A DNA stretch of 64,000 nucleotides from assembly GCA_020631855.1 (NCBI GenBank), contig JACKGU010000002.1:22569-86568 (forward strand). Reading direction: 5' to 3'. Position 1 is the stretch's first letter; the number at the start of each line of letters is the position of its first letter. The translations under genes and the position numbers were made by a program. Positions 18,325-26,850 of the stretch are shown here, in pieces. A model generated the notes under the pieces. It was given only the letters and a program-made list of their open reading frames with translations. It had not been told where the DNA came from and made no database searches. The DNA is from Candidatus Nomurabacteria bacterium (lineage in GTDB: Bacteria; Patescibacteriota; WWE3; UBA101185; UBA10185).

Positions 18325-19437
18325 CTAGCATACTATGTATTTTTTCATAGTTTCTAGCACACCATTTGCTGTAGCTTTCCAAGAGTATCTTGAGCGTTCT
18401 ATAAGGCAGTTTTCTCTCAACTTGTTGTAGGTTTTTGCATCTGTCACTAGAAGATTTATTGCTTCTGCAAAATCTTTAGGAGTGCTGTTTTCCGGTATAT
18501 GTATTGCTGTCACGTTGTTTTCGGTAATACCCTTTGTGTTTTCTCCAAACAAGCGTACTGTTGGAAGTCCGCAAGCTATAGCTTCAATTTGAGCCAGACT
18601 TTGCGCCTCAAGCAACGAAGAAGCTACATATACGTGGGCTTTTTTATAGAGATTAGGTATTTCGTTGTGTTCTACTAAACCAAGATATTCTACATTTTTA
18701 GGTTTGTACTGTTTCAGGTAGTCTGTGAATTTTATATAGTATAATTTGTCCCATGTTTCTCCCCCGGCTATTTGCAGAATAATGTTGGGTTTTAAGTATT
18801 TAGCTGTCTCAACTAAAAACAGCTGGTTTTTCCTTTGTGAAATCTGACCAACACTCAACAACTTTACTTTTTTCACTTTAGATATATCAAAATGCGTCGG
18901 TTCAAAAGCTTCCAAATCTACCCCGTTACTTAAAAGCTCAACATTATTAAGCCCCAAAGATTTTAGGTAACTTTTCATTTCTTCAGTAAGAGCAAATACT
19001 ACAGTCGATTTTAAAAGCTGTTTAAGAGCTAATTTTTCCACAATTGTGTTTAGCTTGGCAGAATCAAAGTTTTTAATGGGAATTAAATTAGCGACAAATT
19101 TACTAAAGTTTGTATGAACAGCTGTAAATAATATTACATCTTTTTTTACGGCGTACCTGGTACCTAGAAGATCCGTTAGTGCAACTCCGTGAGAATAAAT
19201 AATATTGGGTTGAAAATCGTCTAATTTTTTTGTTGCAAAAGGTATTTTTATTAAATTTTCTCTTCCTATTTCATAAAATGTTATTTTTTCTTCACCGGAT
19301 ATTAACTTGTTTGGTTTTTTTATGCACATTACCATCACATTCTGACCCATTTTAGCTAGCTCTATTGCGGTATATCTAGGTACTAAATTGTACCCGCTGG
19401 TATTTTCAAGATTTGCAGTACATATAACAATGTTCAT
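18325..19437 (-). CDS. GT1 (GT4-like) family glycosyltransferase
   Basis: 370 aa; C-terminal EAQSLAQIEAIACGLPTV matches GT-B Glycos_transf_1 E...E/G motif. Confidence 0.6.
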   Translation of the reverse strand: MNIVICTANLENTSGYNLVPRYTAIELAKMGQNVMVMCIKKPNKLISGEEKITFYEIGRENLIKIPFATKKLDDFQPNIIYSHGVALTDLLGTRYAVKKDVILFTAVHTNFSKFVANLIPIKNFDSAKLNTIVEKLALKQLLKSTVVFALTEEMKSYLKSLGLNNVELLSNGVDLEAFEPTHFDISKVKKVKLLSVGQISQRKNQLFLVETAKYLKPNIILQIAGGETWDKLYYIKFTDYLKQYKPKNVEYLGLVEHNEIPNLYKKAHVYVASSLLEAQSLAQIEAIACGLPTVRLFGENTKGITENNVTAIHIPENSTPKDFAEAINLLVTDAKTYNKLRENCLIERSRYSWKATANGVLETMKKYIVC

Positions 19438-20195
19438 AGTTCCGGCTGTAACTTGTTGAAAACGGCAAGAAAAGGTTGCGATTTATATATTGTGCGAGAG
19501 TTATTTATTAAATCTATTACATGCACTTTGAAAACATATTCGCACTCTTTTTCTAGGTCACACGGAGGATTATTGATATCAGTATCTAGTATATTTCTGG
19601 AAAGTTCAGTCACAACAAAAACGTCGTTACTGTCCGGAAGAAAGAAAGCCCGATCAAAATAACAATTAGAGCCTATTGAGCAGTCAACAACTCGAGCCTC
19701 TAATATTTTGTCGTCTCTTTGCCCAAAATATCTGATCTCATTAGGATCGAAGGAAATTTCAGGTTCCAGCTCGGAGTTTCTTAGCTCTTGTCTATAGTCA
19801 ACAAACTGCCTATTGCTTGGAGAAAATGCAATCTTAGATCGTTCTTGGTATTCAGACACTATTTGTTTGAACTTTGATTCTGTTTCCGGATTATCGGCTG
19901 AATATACTCGCATCCATTTAGTGTTATATATTTCATTTTCTTCTACGAATCTAAAATTGTCCGCTTCAATTTCGACCCCCTTATTTTTTAGATTAGTTAT
20001 CCATCTTTGAAATCCGGTGCTGTCCTCTACTTTAGACGGTAGTTTTGATTTGTCTATAGAAATTTGTTCGTAGTAGTTGCTCGCTACCCCCACCACAACT
20101 AATGCCAGTATTGATACTGTAAGTAATGTAGATGTAAGGCTTTTAGTTATTAAGGTATTTACCATAAACTTACCCATACGATTATTATACAGCAC
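19434..20195 (-). CDS. hypothetical membrane-anchored/secreted protein
   Basis: 253 aa; N-terminal TM; overlaps GT1 start by 4 nt (operon). Confidence 0.4.
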   Translation of the reverse strand: MLYNNRMGKFMVNTLITKSLTSTLLTVSILALVVVGVASNYYEQISIDKSKLPSKVEDSTGFQRWITNLKNKGVEIEADNFRFVEENEIYNTKWMRVYSADNPETESKFKQIVSEYQERSKIAFSPSNRQFVDYRQELRNSELEPEISFDPNEIRYFGQRDDKILEARVVDCSIGSNCYFDRAFFLPDSNDVFVVTELSRNILDTDINNPPCDLEKECEYVFKVHVIDLINNSRTIYKSQPFLAVFNKLQPEL

Positions 20196-20307
20196 TTTAT
20201 GGCCCGAAGGCTCTCCGTTTAAAAAGAAGCCGAAAAGAGCGGGATACTAGACAAATTGCGCAATCTTGCTTATTATCTTAGTGCAGAATGTTACGAGAAT
20301 TAGTGAT

Positions 20308-20383
20308 GCCCTCGTAGCTCAGTGGATAGAGCAGTTCCCTTCTAAGGAAAAGGTCGGGGGTTCAACTCCCTCCGAGGGCGCCA
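20308..20383 (+). tRNA. tRNA-Arg (anticodon TCT), CCA encoded
   Basis: Manual fold: acceptor GCCCTCG/CGAGGGC, anticodon loop CTTCTAA, T-loop TTCAACT. Confidence 0.8.
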
Positions 20384-20448
20384 TATTAGCCTAAATCATT
20401 TGAAGGCATTTTGATTACGGGCGGGGCTTTATTGTAACATTTACATTC

Positions 20449-20535
20449 GGGCGAGTGGCGGAATGGTATACGCGACGGACTTAAAATCCGTTGGGAGTTA
20501 ATCCCGTGAGGGTTCGAGTCCCTCCTCGCCCACCA
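20449..20535 (+). tRNA. tRNA-Leu (anticodon TAA), class II with long variable arm, CCA encoded
   Basis: Acceptor GGGCGAG/CTCGCCC, anticodon loop CTTAAAA, variable arm GGGAGTTAATCCC, T-loop TTCGAGT. Confidence 0.85.
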
Positions 20536-20546
20536 AAAAAATTTAA

Positions 20547-20576
20547 GGTCGCTAAAATGCGACCATAATTTTTTTA
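20547..20576 (+). terminator. rho-independent terminator after tRNA-Leu
   Basis: GGTCGC-taaaat-GCGACC hairpin followed by ATAATTTTTTT. Confidence 0.55.
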
Positions 20577-20662
20577 TTGAGATAGAAAAGGACTCGAATG
20601 CCGCAGGCACGACGGTGCCGAGGCGGGGTCGAGCAAATTTTCAGCAGAAAATTATGCGTGAC

Positions 20663-20683
20663 CGAGTCCCTCCTCGCCCACCA
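20663..20683 (+). repeat. 21-nt exact direct repeat of tRNA-Leu 3' end (CGAGTCCCTCCTCGCCCACCA)
   Basis: Identical to 20515-20535; separated by 127 nt; att-site-like footprint. Confidence 0.7.
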
Positions 20684-20851
20684 TAGTACTTTTAGATTGT
20701 CTTATCAACTTCATTTTTCCGAATTTTTTTACTAAATTAATATTTTTTCATAGATATCACCTCGTTCCACAAACAGTTATAGGAAATATAACCTTGTAGT
20801 AATAGGTAGGACATAGCTTGAAAATATTATTTGTAATGCCATACTTACAAT

Positions 20852-21628
20852 ATGACAAAAAACCTCTATGGCTTTTCAATACCTTTGTTAATAATAATTT
20901 TGGCAGTAGTTAGTACAGTAATTATATTTTTTGAAATCTCTCCTAAGGTATTAACAAATACTATTGTAAATAAAGACGAAAAGGCCAAAAATATAGAAAT
21001 AGTAGAACCTGCAAAATCCACAGAACCATCAAAGTCTAAAGAAATAAATGAAATTTTATCAACTGCAGACTGGACTTACAAAAAGGCAGATAGTTGTGAT
21101 GTTGAATTTAAAATTCCTCCAAAAGAAGTTCCTTTTTATCATCCCTACAATAAAGATAAACTTTCTGATGTTACGGCCCTTGAGGGTAGCGGAAGATACT
21201 GGGATTTTCCTAGAGGTAATATATGGCCTACCGTTCTAGGGATACTTAACACAGACTTCACAGTAATCGCTACATCTTATGCATCCCCTGAGGAGGCAAG
21301 TGGCTACAGTGCTGGATATGTTTTTGTTGCATGCGCCCCATCCAAATTACAAAATTTTACAGATCTCTTAAAAGATTTAGACGTAAAAATTTCTGAATAT
21401 AACAATAAAGAGTATAAAGGAATGGGTCCTGATAAATATATTATTAATGAGTCTACTGAAATAGAAATGTGGGATAAATCAGTTCTTAAGTTAGTAATAA
21501 ATGATCGAGCCTATTATGTTTTTATCTCAAAGGGAAAAATTTATGAAATTGCAAAAGGTGGAGATGCCTCACATACTTTTGTCTCTGAAACAGCAGACAC
21601 TATTATAAAAGAACTAAAGTTTAATTAA
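20852..21628 (+). CDS. hypothetical membrane-anchored protein
   Basis: 258 aa; N-terminal TM helix. Confidence 0.4.
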   Translation: MTKNLYGFSIPLLIIILAVVSTVIIFFEISPKVLTNTIVNKDEKAKNIEIVEPAKSTEPSKSKEINEILSTADWTYKKADSCDVEFKIPPKEVPFYHPYNKDKLSDVTALEGSGRYWDFPRGNIWPTVLGILNTDFTVIATSYASPEEASGYSAGYVFVACAPSKLQNFTDLLKDLDVKISEYNNKEYKGMGPDKYIINESTEIEMWDKSVLKLVINDRAYYVFISKGKIYEIAKGGDASHTFVSETADTIIKELKFN

Positions 21629-21854
21629 GCAAAGGTTTTTGACTCAGGTGTTTCTTAAAAAGTCTCATTTTAGGATTTAGTCTTGGATATTCAGCACTTA
21701 TATGGTGGATCAAGAGTCATTCAAGAAAAAAGCATTTGAAAACAGGTTTAGATGGGAGCCTTAAATAGGACTTATAAAAATTTATGTCTGATTATCGCGT
21801 CCTTGGTTATAGTTAGCAAACCAGCCCCACCCTTTTGAGAGAATCTTAAAAATA

Positions 21855-21954
21855 TATCAACCACCACCAGCTTGCGTAGACAACTTGCTGTAATTTCTTT
21901 GCGCCGCAAAGCCGAGCATATTAAGTAAAGTGCTTCTCTAGCTAACACAAATAG
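21855..21954 (-). repeat. ~100-nt intergenic repeat element, copy E (reverse orientation)
   Basis: Reverse complement reads ...GTTAGCTAGAGAAGCACTTTACTTAATATGCTCGGCTTTGCGGCGCAAAGAAATTACAGCAAG...CAAGCTGGTGGTGGTTGATA. Confidence 0.6.
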
Positions 21955-21991
21955 GTCTAAGTAACGAAATTATAAATACAGGTAACAAAAT

Positions 21992-22930
21992 TCACTCTTT
22001 TGAAGCTAAAAATCTTTCGGTATCAAGAGCCGCCATGCATCCATAGCCTGCGGCCGTTATTGCTTGCCTGTAAATATGGTCCTGCACGTCCCCGGCAACA
22101 AAAACACCTTCGACTGAAGACCTGGTGCCGTTTTTTGTCTTTGCATAACCAACACTATCAGTTTCTATAAAATTAGCTAAAAACGAGGTGTTCGGGCTGT
22201 GCCCTATTGCTAAAAACAGCCCATCAACGTCCAAACTGGAAAGCTCCTGAGTGACAACATTTCTAAGCCGAAGGCCGGTAACAAAGCTTTCGCCTAACAC
22301 CTCGGCAACCTCAGAATTAAAAATAAATTCTATTTTTTTATTTGCAAAAGCACGATCCTGCATAATTTTGCTGGCTTTAAGTTGATCTTTTTCTTTACGA
22401 GCAATAACATATACCTTAGAAGCGAATTTGGTTAAGTAATTCGATTCCTCCATAGCAGAATCTCCGCCACCAACAACTGCAACAACTTTATCTTTAAAAA
22501 AGAAACCGTCGCAAGTGGCACATGCAGAAACACCTTTGCCCCGCAGTCTCTGCTCACTTGGAATATCTAACCATTTAGCAGTAGCGCCTGTAGCTACAAT
22601 TACAGTCCTGCTACTGTACTTCGCCCCCGACTCGGTTTTAGTTATAAATCCTGAAGAAAAATCACCCTCAATGCTGATGGCATTGTCATCAAAAACCTCT
22701 GTGCCGAACTTTAAAACCTGCTCTCTCATTTTTTGTATAAGTTCCGGTCCCAATAAACCCTCAGGAAAACCGGGAAAGTTTTCAACTTCTGTCGTGAGCA
22801 TAAGCTGCCCTCCTGGAGGATTTCCGGCTAATACGCAAGTTTTTAAATTGGCTCTTGAAGTATAAACCGCGGCTGTTAAACCTGAAGGCCCGCCGCCCAA
22901 TATTAGGACATCGTAGATTGAATTTTCCAT
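21992..22930 (-). CDS. trxB: thioredoxin-disulfide reductase
   Basis: 312 aa; FAD motif VLILGGGPSGLTAA, redox-active CATCDGFF, NADPH motif VVGGGDSAMEE; ends with TGA. Confidence 0.85.
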   Translation of the reverse strand: MENSIYDVLILGGGPSGLTAAVYTSRANLKTCVLAGNPPGGQLMLTTEVENFPGFPEGLLGPELIQKMREQVLKFGTEVFDDNAISIEGDFSSGFITKTESGAKYSSRTVIVATGATAKWLDIPSEQRLRGKGVSACATCDGFFFKDKVVAVVGGGDSAMEESNYLTKFASKVYVIARKEKDQLKASKIMQDRAFANKKIEFIFNSEVAEVLGESFVTGLRLRNVVTQELSSLDVDGLFLAIGHSPNTSFLANFIETDSVGYAKTKNGTRSSVEGVFVAGDVQDHIYRQAITAAGYGCMAALDTERFLASKE

Positions 22931-23053
22931 AAATATAGTTTACCACGTTAATGAAATTAACTACCCATTCAATCACACCCATACAAAACTCGGGCACCGG
23001 CAAGTCGTCGCCAGCTGATTGACGTTATGTAAAAGCGATGATAACTTTAGACC

Positions 23054-23503
23054 ATGCCTACACTTTTGCTGAAACTAGGTGGAAACAAGTACGTCAACCA
23101 CACAATGTTTCGTCCCCATCTATACATTTATGACGACTACATAATATATAAAAAACGTAGCAAATTCGTAAAACTAGAGGAAATAACAGTCTCATATAAC
23201 CACATTGTTCAGGTGTATCTGCACCAAGGAATAGTTTTTGCTACAATCGAAATCATGAACTCCGGAGCTGACAATGTAAAGGTAAAAGGTGTATGGAAAA
23301 AAACAGCAAAAAAAGCTAAAAAAATAATTGATAAGAAAATCCACCATGTACACCACATACCCACAGAGACTTTCGGCTTAAAATCAACCGGAGTAGCTAA
23401 AATGGAAAAAAGCATTGCAAGGCTTAACGAACTTCTTGAATCGGGGCGAATATCTCAACGCGAATACAATAAAAAGAGGAGTGAACTTCTAAAACAAATG
23501 TGA
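23054..23503 (+). CDS. bacterial PH (bPH_2)-like domain protein with C-terminal SHOCT motif
   Basis: 149 aa; C-terminal LNELLESGRISQREYNKKRSELL matches SHOCT pattern. Confidence 0.4.
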   Translation: MPTLLLKLGGNKYVNHTMFRPHLYIYDDYIIYKKRSKFVKLEEITVSYNHIVQVYLHQGIVFATIEIMNSGADNVKVKGVWKKTAKKAKKIIDKKIHHVHHIPTETFGLKSTGVAKMEKSIARLNELLESGRISQREYNKKRSELLKQM

Positions 23504-23534
23504 TAAAATCCTTGTGTACTATAGCTTTGAGTCA

Positions 23535-23608
23535 GCGGGATTAGTTGAAAGGCTCAACGTCACCCTTCCAAGGTGAAGATACGGGTTCGATTCCCGTATC
23601 CCGCTCCA
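23535..23608 (+). tRNA. tRNA-Gly (anticodon TCC), CCA encoded
   Basis: Acceptor GCGGGAT/ATCCCGC, anticodon stem TCACC/GGTGA, loop CTTCCAA, T-loop TTCGATT. Confidence 0.85.
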
Positions 23609-25148
23609 TATCGGACTGCATTTGCAAAAATGCCCTTTTAATCCGATCTGTAGGGCTATTTTCAGGTTCGAGCCACTCATTTTTCCTAATTACGCTTTTT
23701 TCAGTCTCTTTGATATACACAAACGCGTTTTTGGCGTTGATTCGGACTATTCTATCTTTTAGCTCTAGGTTCGAGCCAAGTATCCTCAGAACCATCCTTT
23801 TTGCTTCTGTGTCGTAAGAATGGAAGATTTTGGTAACATTTGCTAAGAACGCCAACACCTCCTCCATGACCTCCGTCCAATTCGTAAGACCATCACCCGC
23901 AATGCTATCTTTAGTTTGTTTCTCCTCAACTAGTAATCGGCTTTTTTCCTTTTTATACTCATCGTCACTAATTAAGCCTTCTATCTTCATCCCGTAGAGG
24001 TTCTTTTTCTCGACTAGTATCGAATCTAAGCGTTTGGTTAATTTGCTCTTTTGTCCACGCTCAAACTCAAATTCCCGCTCATTTCTGCGCTTCAGGTTTT
24101 TTCTTACCCACGTTACAAATGTGGGTCTAATCTCTAGGCTACTAATGAAAGCGATAACTTGTTTTTCAACTTCGATTGCATTCAGATAAGGCTGACTACA
24201 TGGCCCCTTTTTCTTAACACATCTCGCATAAATAAAAGTCTGTGAGTTCCCGTTTTTATACTTCTTCGTTTTTCGATCGCATGTAATTGCAGATCCACAT
24301 TCTCCGCATTTGAGTGTCTTCATAAAATAAAAGTCATTCGTGAACTGGTGAATTTTGGCTCTGCCGTCAATGATATCCTGAACGCGATAGTATTCATCAA
24401 TGGTAACCATTGGTGTATGTTTGCCGTTAAAACGTTCTCCATTGTAATCAAATAGTCCAGCATAAAATACGTTCCTAAAAAACCTAAACGCTTCCGTTCT
24501 ACTGACTGGTTTTCCCGTCCTTTTGCTTTTCAACCCTAAGGCAGTAATTTTTTCTAGCGAACTTTCGACAGTCTCATTTCCTGTAAGCATAAATTCCCAC
24601 CAAGATCGGCATAAGTTAAATCTATCCGGATCAGGAAGAACTTCTTTTTGCCCCTTTGGTTTAATAGGGTCATTCAAATACCCCAAAGGAGCTGAGCCAG
24701 GTCGCCAGCCGTTTTGAACCTTTGTATTCATTCCTCTTTTGACATTATCGGAAAGGTCTTTGCTAAATTTAGTTGCCATGCCAAATTCGATAAAAAGGAA
24801 GGTAGAGTTGTTGCGATCGTAATCCATGGTAGGGGTGACGATCAACATGCCGTTATAGTCGACGTGATCAATGAGCGTACCACCTTCCTTAGCATTTCGG
24901 CAGAGTCGATCGGCTTTCCAACAGAGTATGTGTTTTACCTCTCCCTTGGAAACTCTTTCAACCATGGCTGTAAATTCTGGACGATGATCAGGGCGCTTAG
25001 CTGATTTACTTTCTTTATAGACTCCCAGAACCGCAAACCCCTTATCTTTGGCCAATTCTTTACATGTGCGTTCCTGATCATCAAGGGAGAGAATTTGTCG
25101 ATCTTTATCCTCGGAAGATTTTCTACAGTATATAAAACAAGTATTCAT
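23541..25148 (-). CDS. large serine recombinase (integrase)
   Basis: 535 aa; N-terminal resolvase domain with catalytic Ser (YCRKSSEDKDRQ), recombinase domain, zinc ribbon CGECG...C; last ~22 codons overlap tRNA-Gly antisense. Confidence 0.8.
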   Translation of the reverse strand: MNTCFIYCRKSSEDKDRQILSLDDQERTCKELAKDKGFAVLGVYKESKSAKRPDHRPEFTAMVERVSKGEVKHILCWKADRLCRNAKEGGTLIDHVDYNGMLIVTPTMDYDRNNSTFLFIEFGMATKFSKDLSDNVKRGMNTKVQNGWRPGSAPLGYLNDPIKPKGQKEVLPDPDRFNLCRSWWEFMLTGNETVESSLEKITALGLKSKRTGKPVSRTEAFRFFRNVFYAGLFDYNGERFNGKHTPMVTIDEYYRVQDIIDGRAKIHQFTNDFYFMKTLKCGECGSAITCDRKTKKYKNGNSQTFIYARCVKKKGPCSQPYLNAIEVEKQVIAFISSLEIRPTFVTWVRKNLKRRNEREFEFERGQKSKLTKRLDSILVEKKNLYGMKIEGLISDDEYKKEKSRLLVEEKQTKDSIAGDGLTNWTEVMEEVLAFLANVTKIFHSYDTEAKRMVLRILGSNLELKDRIVRINAKNAFVYIKETEKSVIRKNEWLEPENSPTDRIKRAFLQMQSDMERDTGIEPVSSPWKGDVEPFN

Positions 25149-25177
25149 GTTATTTTGTCTACCAAGTAAGAATATTC

Positions 25178-25435
25178 TTACTTCTGGATTGTGTTGATGT
25201 TAACTCTGTTGCGTTTGTTTGCAAGTGATTTTTCGATTAAGGTATCCACTAACAGCAATAATGCAGTCGCTTGCTCAAAGGCTTGTTCATCAGTTAACTT
25301 CACTCCATACTCTTTTAGGGCAATTTCCTTAAATTCATCGAGCTCCTCCCTCGTCACAAGAGAATTTGTAAGTATTAGGGTGTTTCCGTTATTTGTTGGG
25401 CTTTGAGCAGCAATTTCTGTCATCTTTATAAACAA
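25178..25435 (-). CDS. hypothetical small protein
   Basis: 85 aa ORF immediately upstream of integrase, same strand. Confidence 0.35.
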   Translation of the reverse strand: MFIKMTEIAAQSPTNNGNTLILTNSLVTREELDEFKEIALKEYGVKLTDEQAFEQATALLLLVDTLIEKSLANKRNRVNINTIQK

Positions 25436-25957
25436 AGGTACAGAAACTGTTGATTTACCTCAATAAACTTTGTGAGTGAATTTGTCCACTTATGTAAATT
25501 AGTAGGAAGCTTGTGTACATTACTGATCGATTACCCCGGATTTGCTATGATAAAAATATGCCAACATTTTTTCGACAGGAGAAGAAACAGCCATTTATGT
25601 ACTCCGCAATAGAGACTCGTCGGAGTAAACCTAATTATTCTGGGTGGGTTGTAGGGGGCATTCTATTCTCAGGGTTATTGCTCGTGGCTTACCTGATTCT
25701 TACCTAACGGCATTGACTCTGGGCGGTGAGTTTGGTATATTAACAATACCGAATGACCTTTGTGGTGAAGGTACCTTACTTTTAGGGAACTGTTGACACT
25801 AGCGATAGTGATTCAACTTAGCCACAGAGGTCGCTTTTTTTAGTAGGGCTTCCACAAATCTTCTTCCCGCTTCCTGATTAGTTTATAAAACGAATCGTCT
25901 TTTTTGTTGTATTTTCTGTAAATTGCTCCACACACCATATCGGCTAACTGCAAGAGG

Positions 25958-26551
25958 TTGTTGCTTTTGGGTCAAAGCAATCTCAGGTTGAGTATGAACG
26001 CCCAGAACATATCCAACGCCCTGACCACTGTCGCAAATATTCTTATACAACTAAACCGAGAATTTATCGGTGAAGATAAACTGTACCGCATCGTCGGTAA
26101 CGTCGTGGACTTCAAAGAATTTAAATCTGAAGACAAAAAGATTCAGGTTGATGCTGTTGTTGAGGTAGAGCCGGTTATTCCACCAGATAAACAAGCCCGC
26201 CTTAACCAGATCCTGCTTCTGTACGATAAGTTAATCGCACAGGACAAACCGGATCCAAATAGCGTGGAAGATGTAAAACACTGGCTAATTCGCAAGCGTG
26301 CATTGCAAAAGATGATTTTAGAGGAACTAGACCTTGACCAGTATGTCGATATCCTACTTGGTCCCGAAATAACACTAGCTCAAGAGAAGACAGAGGAAGC
26401 ATCTCCAAATGACGAGATTGTAACCCCTGTAGCGCCTTCTAACGACACTTTGCCACCTGAAGCAGGTAATTCATCACCTGTTGCCAATAAAAACAAAATA
26501 CGAGAGCTTATCGGCAAGATTCCAGGATTAGGAAAAATGCTCAACTCCTAG
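25958..26551 (+). CDS. hypothetical protein
   Basis: 197 aa ORF. Confidence 0.35.
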   Translation: MLLLGQSNLRLSMNAQNISNALTTVANILIQLNREFIGEDKLYRIVGNVVDFKEFKSEDKKIQVDAVVEVEPVIPPDKQARLNQILLLYDKLIAQDKPDPNSVEDVKHWLIRKRALQKMILEELDLDQYVDILLGPEITLAQEKTEEASPNDEIVTPVAPSNDTLPPEAGNSSPVANKNKIRELIGKIPGLGKMLNS

Positions 26552-26597
26552 AATGTTTCGCTTTCATTTAATCCCCTGAATTCATATAATAAAAGTA

Positions 26598-26849
26598 ATG
26601 AAAGTAAGAAATGTAGGACTTCCAGTAGTTCTCTTGATTTCCATCATAATGATTTTAGTTGGAGCCTTCGTTGGGTATCAATTTGCCAGTAATCCGGTTC
26701 CTAAGAATTGTGCAGAACTTGGAGCCACTTATCTGGAAATGGGAAAAAATGAGTTAGGGATAACTGACTTCGGGTCAGACGAATGGAGAAGGTTAATTGA
26801 TGACGAAACAAAGTTTACAAATGATTGTTACGAAAGCCTAAATAAATAG
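26598..26849 (+). CDS. small membrane-anchored protein
   Basis: 83 aa, N-terminal TM; 1-nt gap to next ORF. Confidence 0.35.
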   Translation: MKVRNVGLPVVLLISIIMILVGAFVGYQFASNPVPKNCAELGATYLEMGKNELGITDFGSDEWRRLIDDETKFTNDCYESLNK

Positions 26850-26850
26850 C

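Noticed and set aside
23762-23790. AGGTTCGAGC shared between 23770 and 57047 as a possible att core
   Set aside because: The left copy lies inside the integrase coding region (encodes ...GSNLELK...). A 10-mer match has about 0.1 chance expectation in this window. Only the weaker tRNA-like resemblance at 57047 is kept as a tentative boundary hint.
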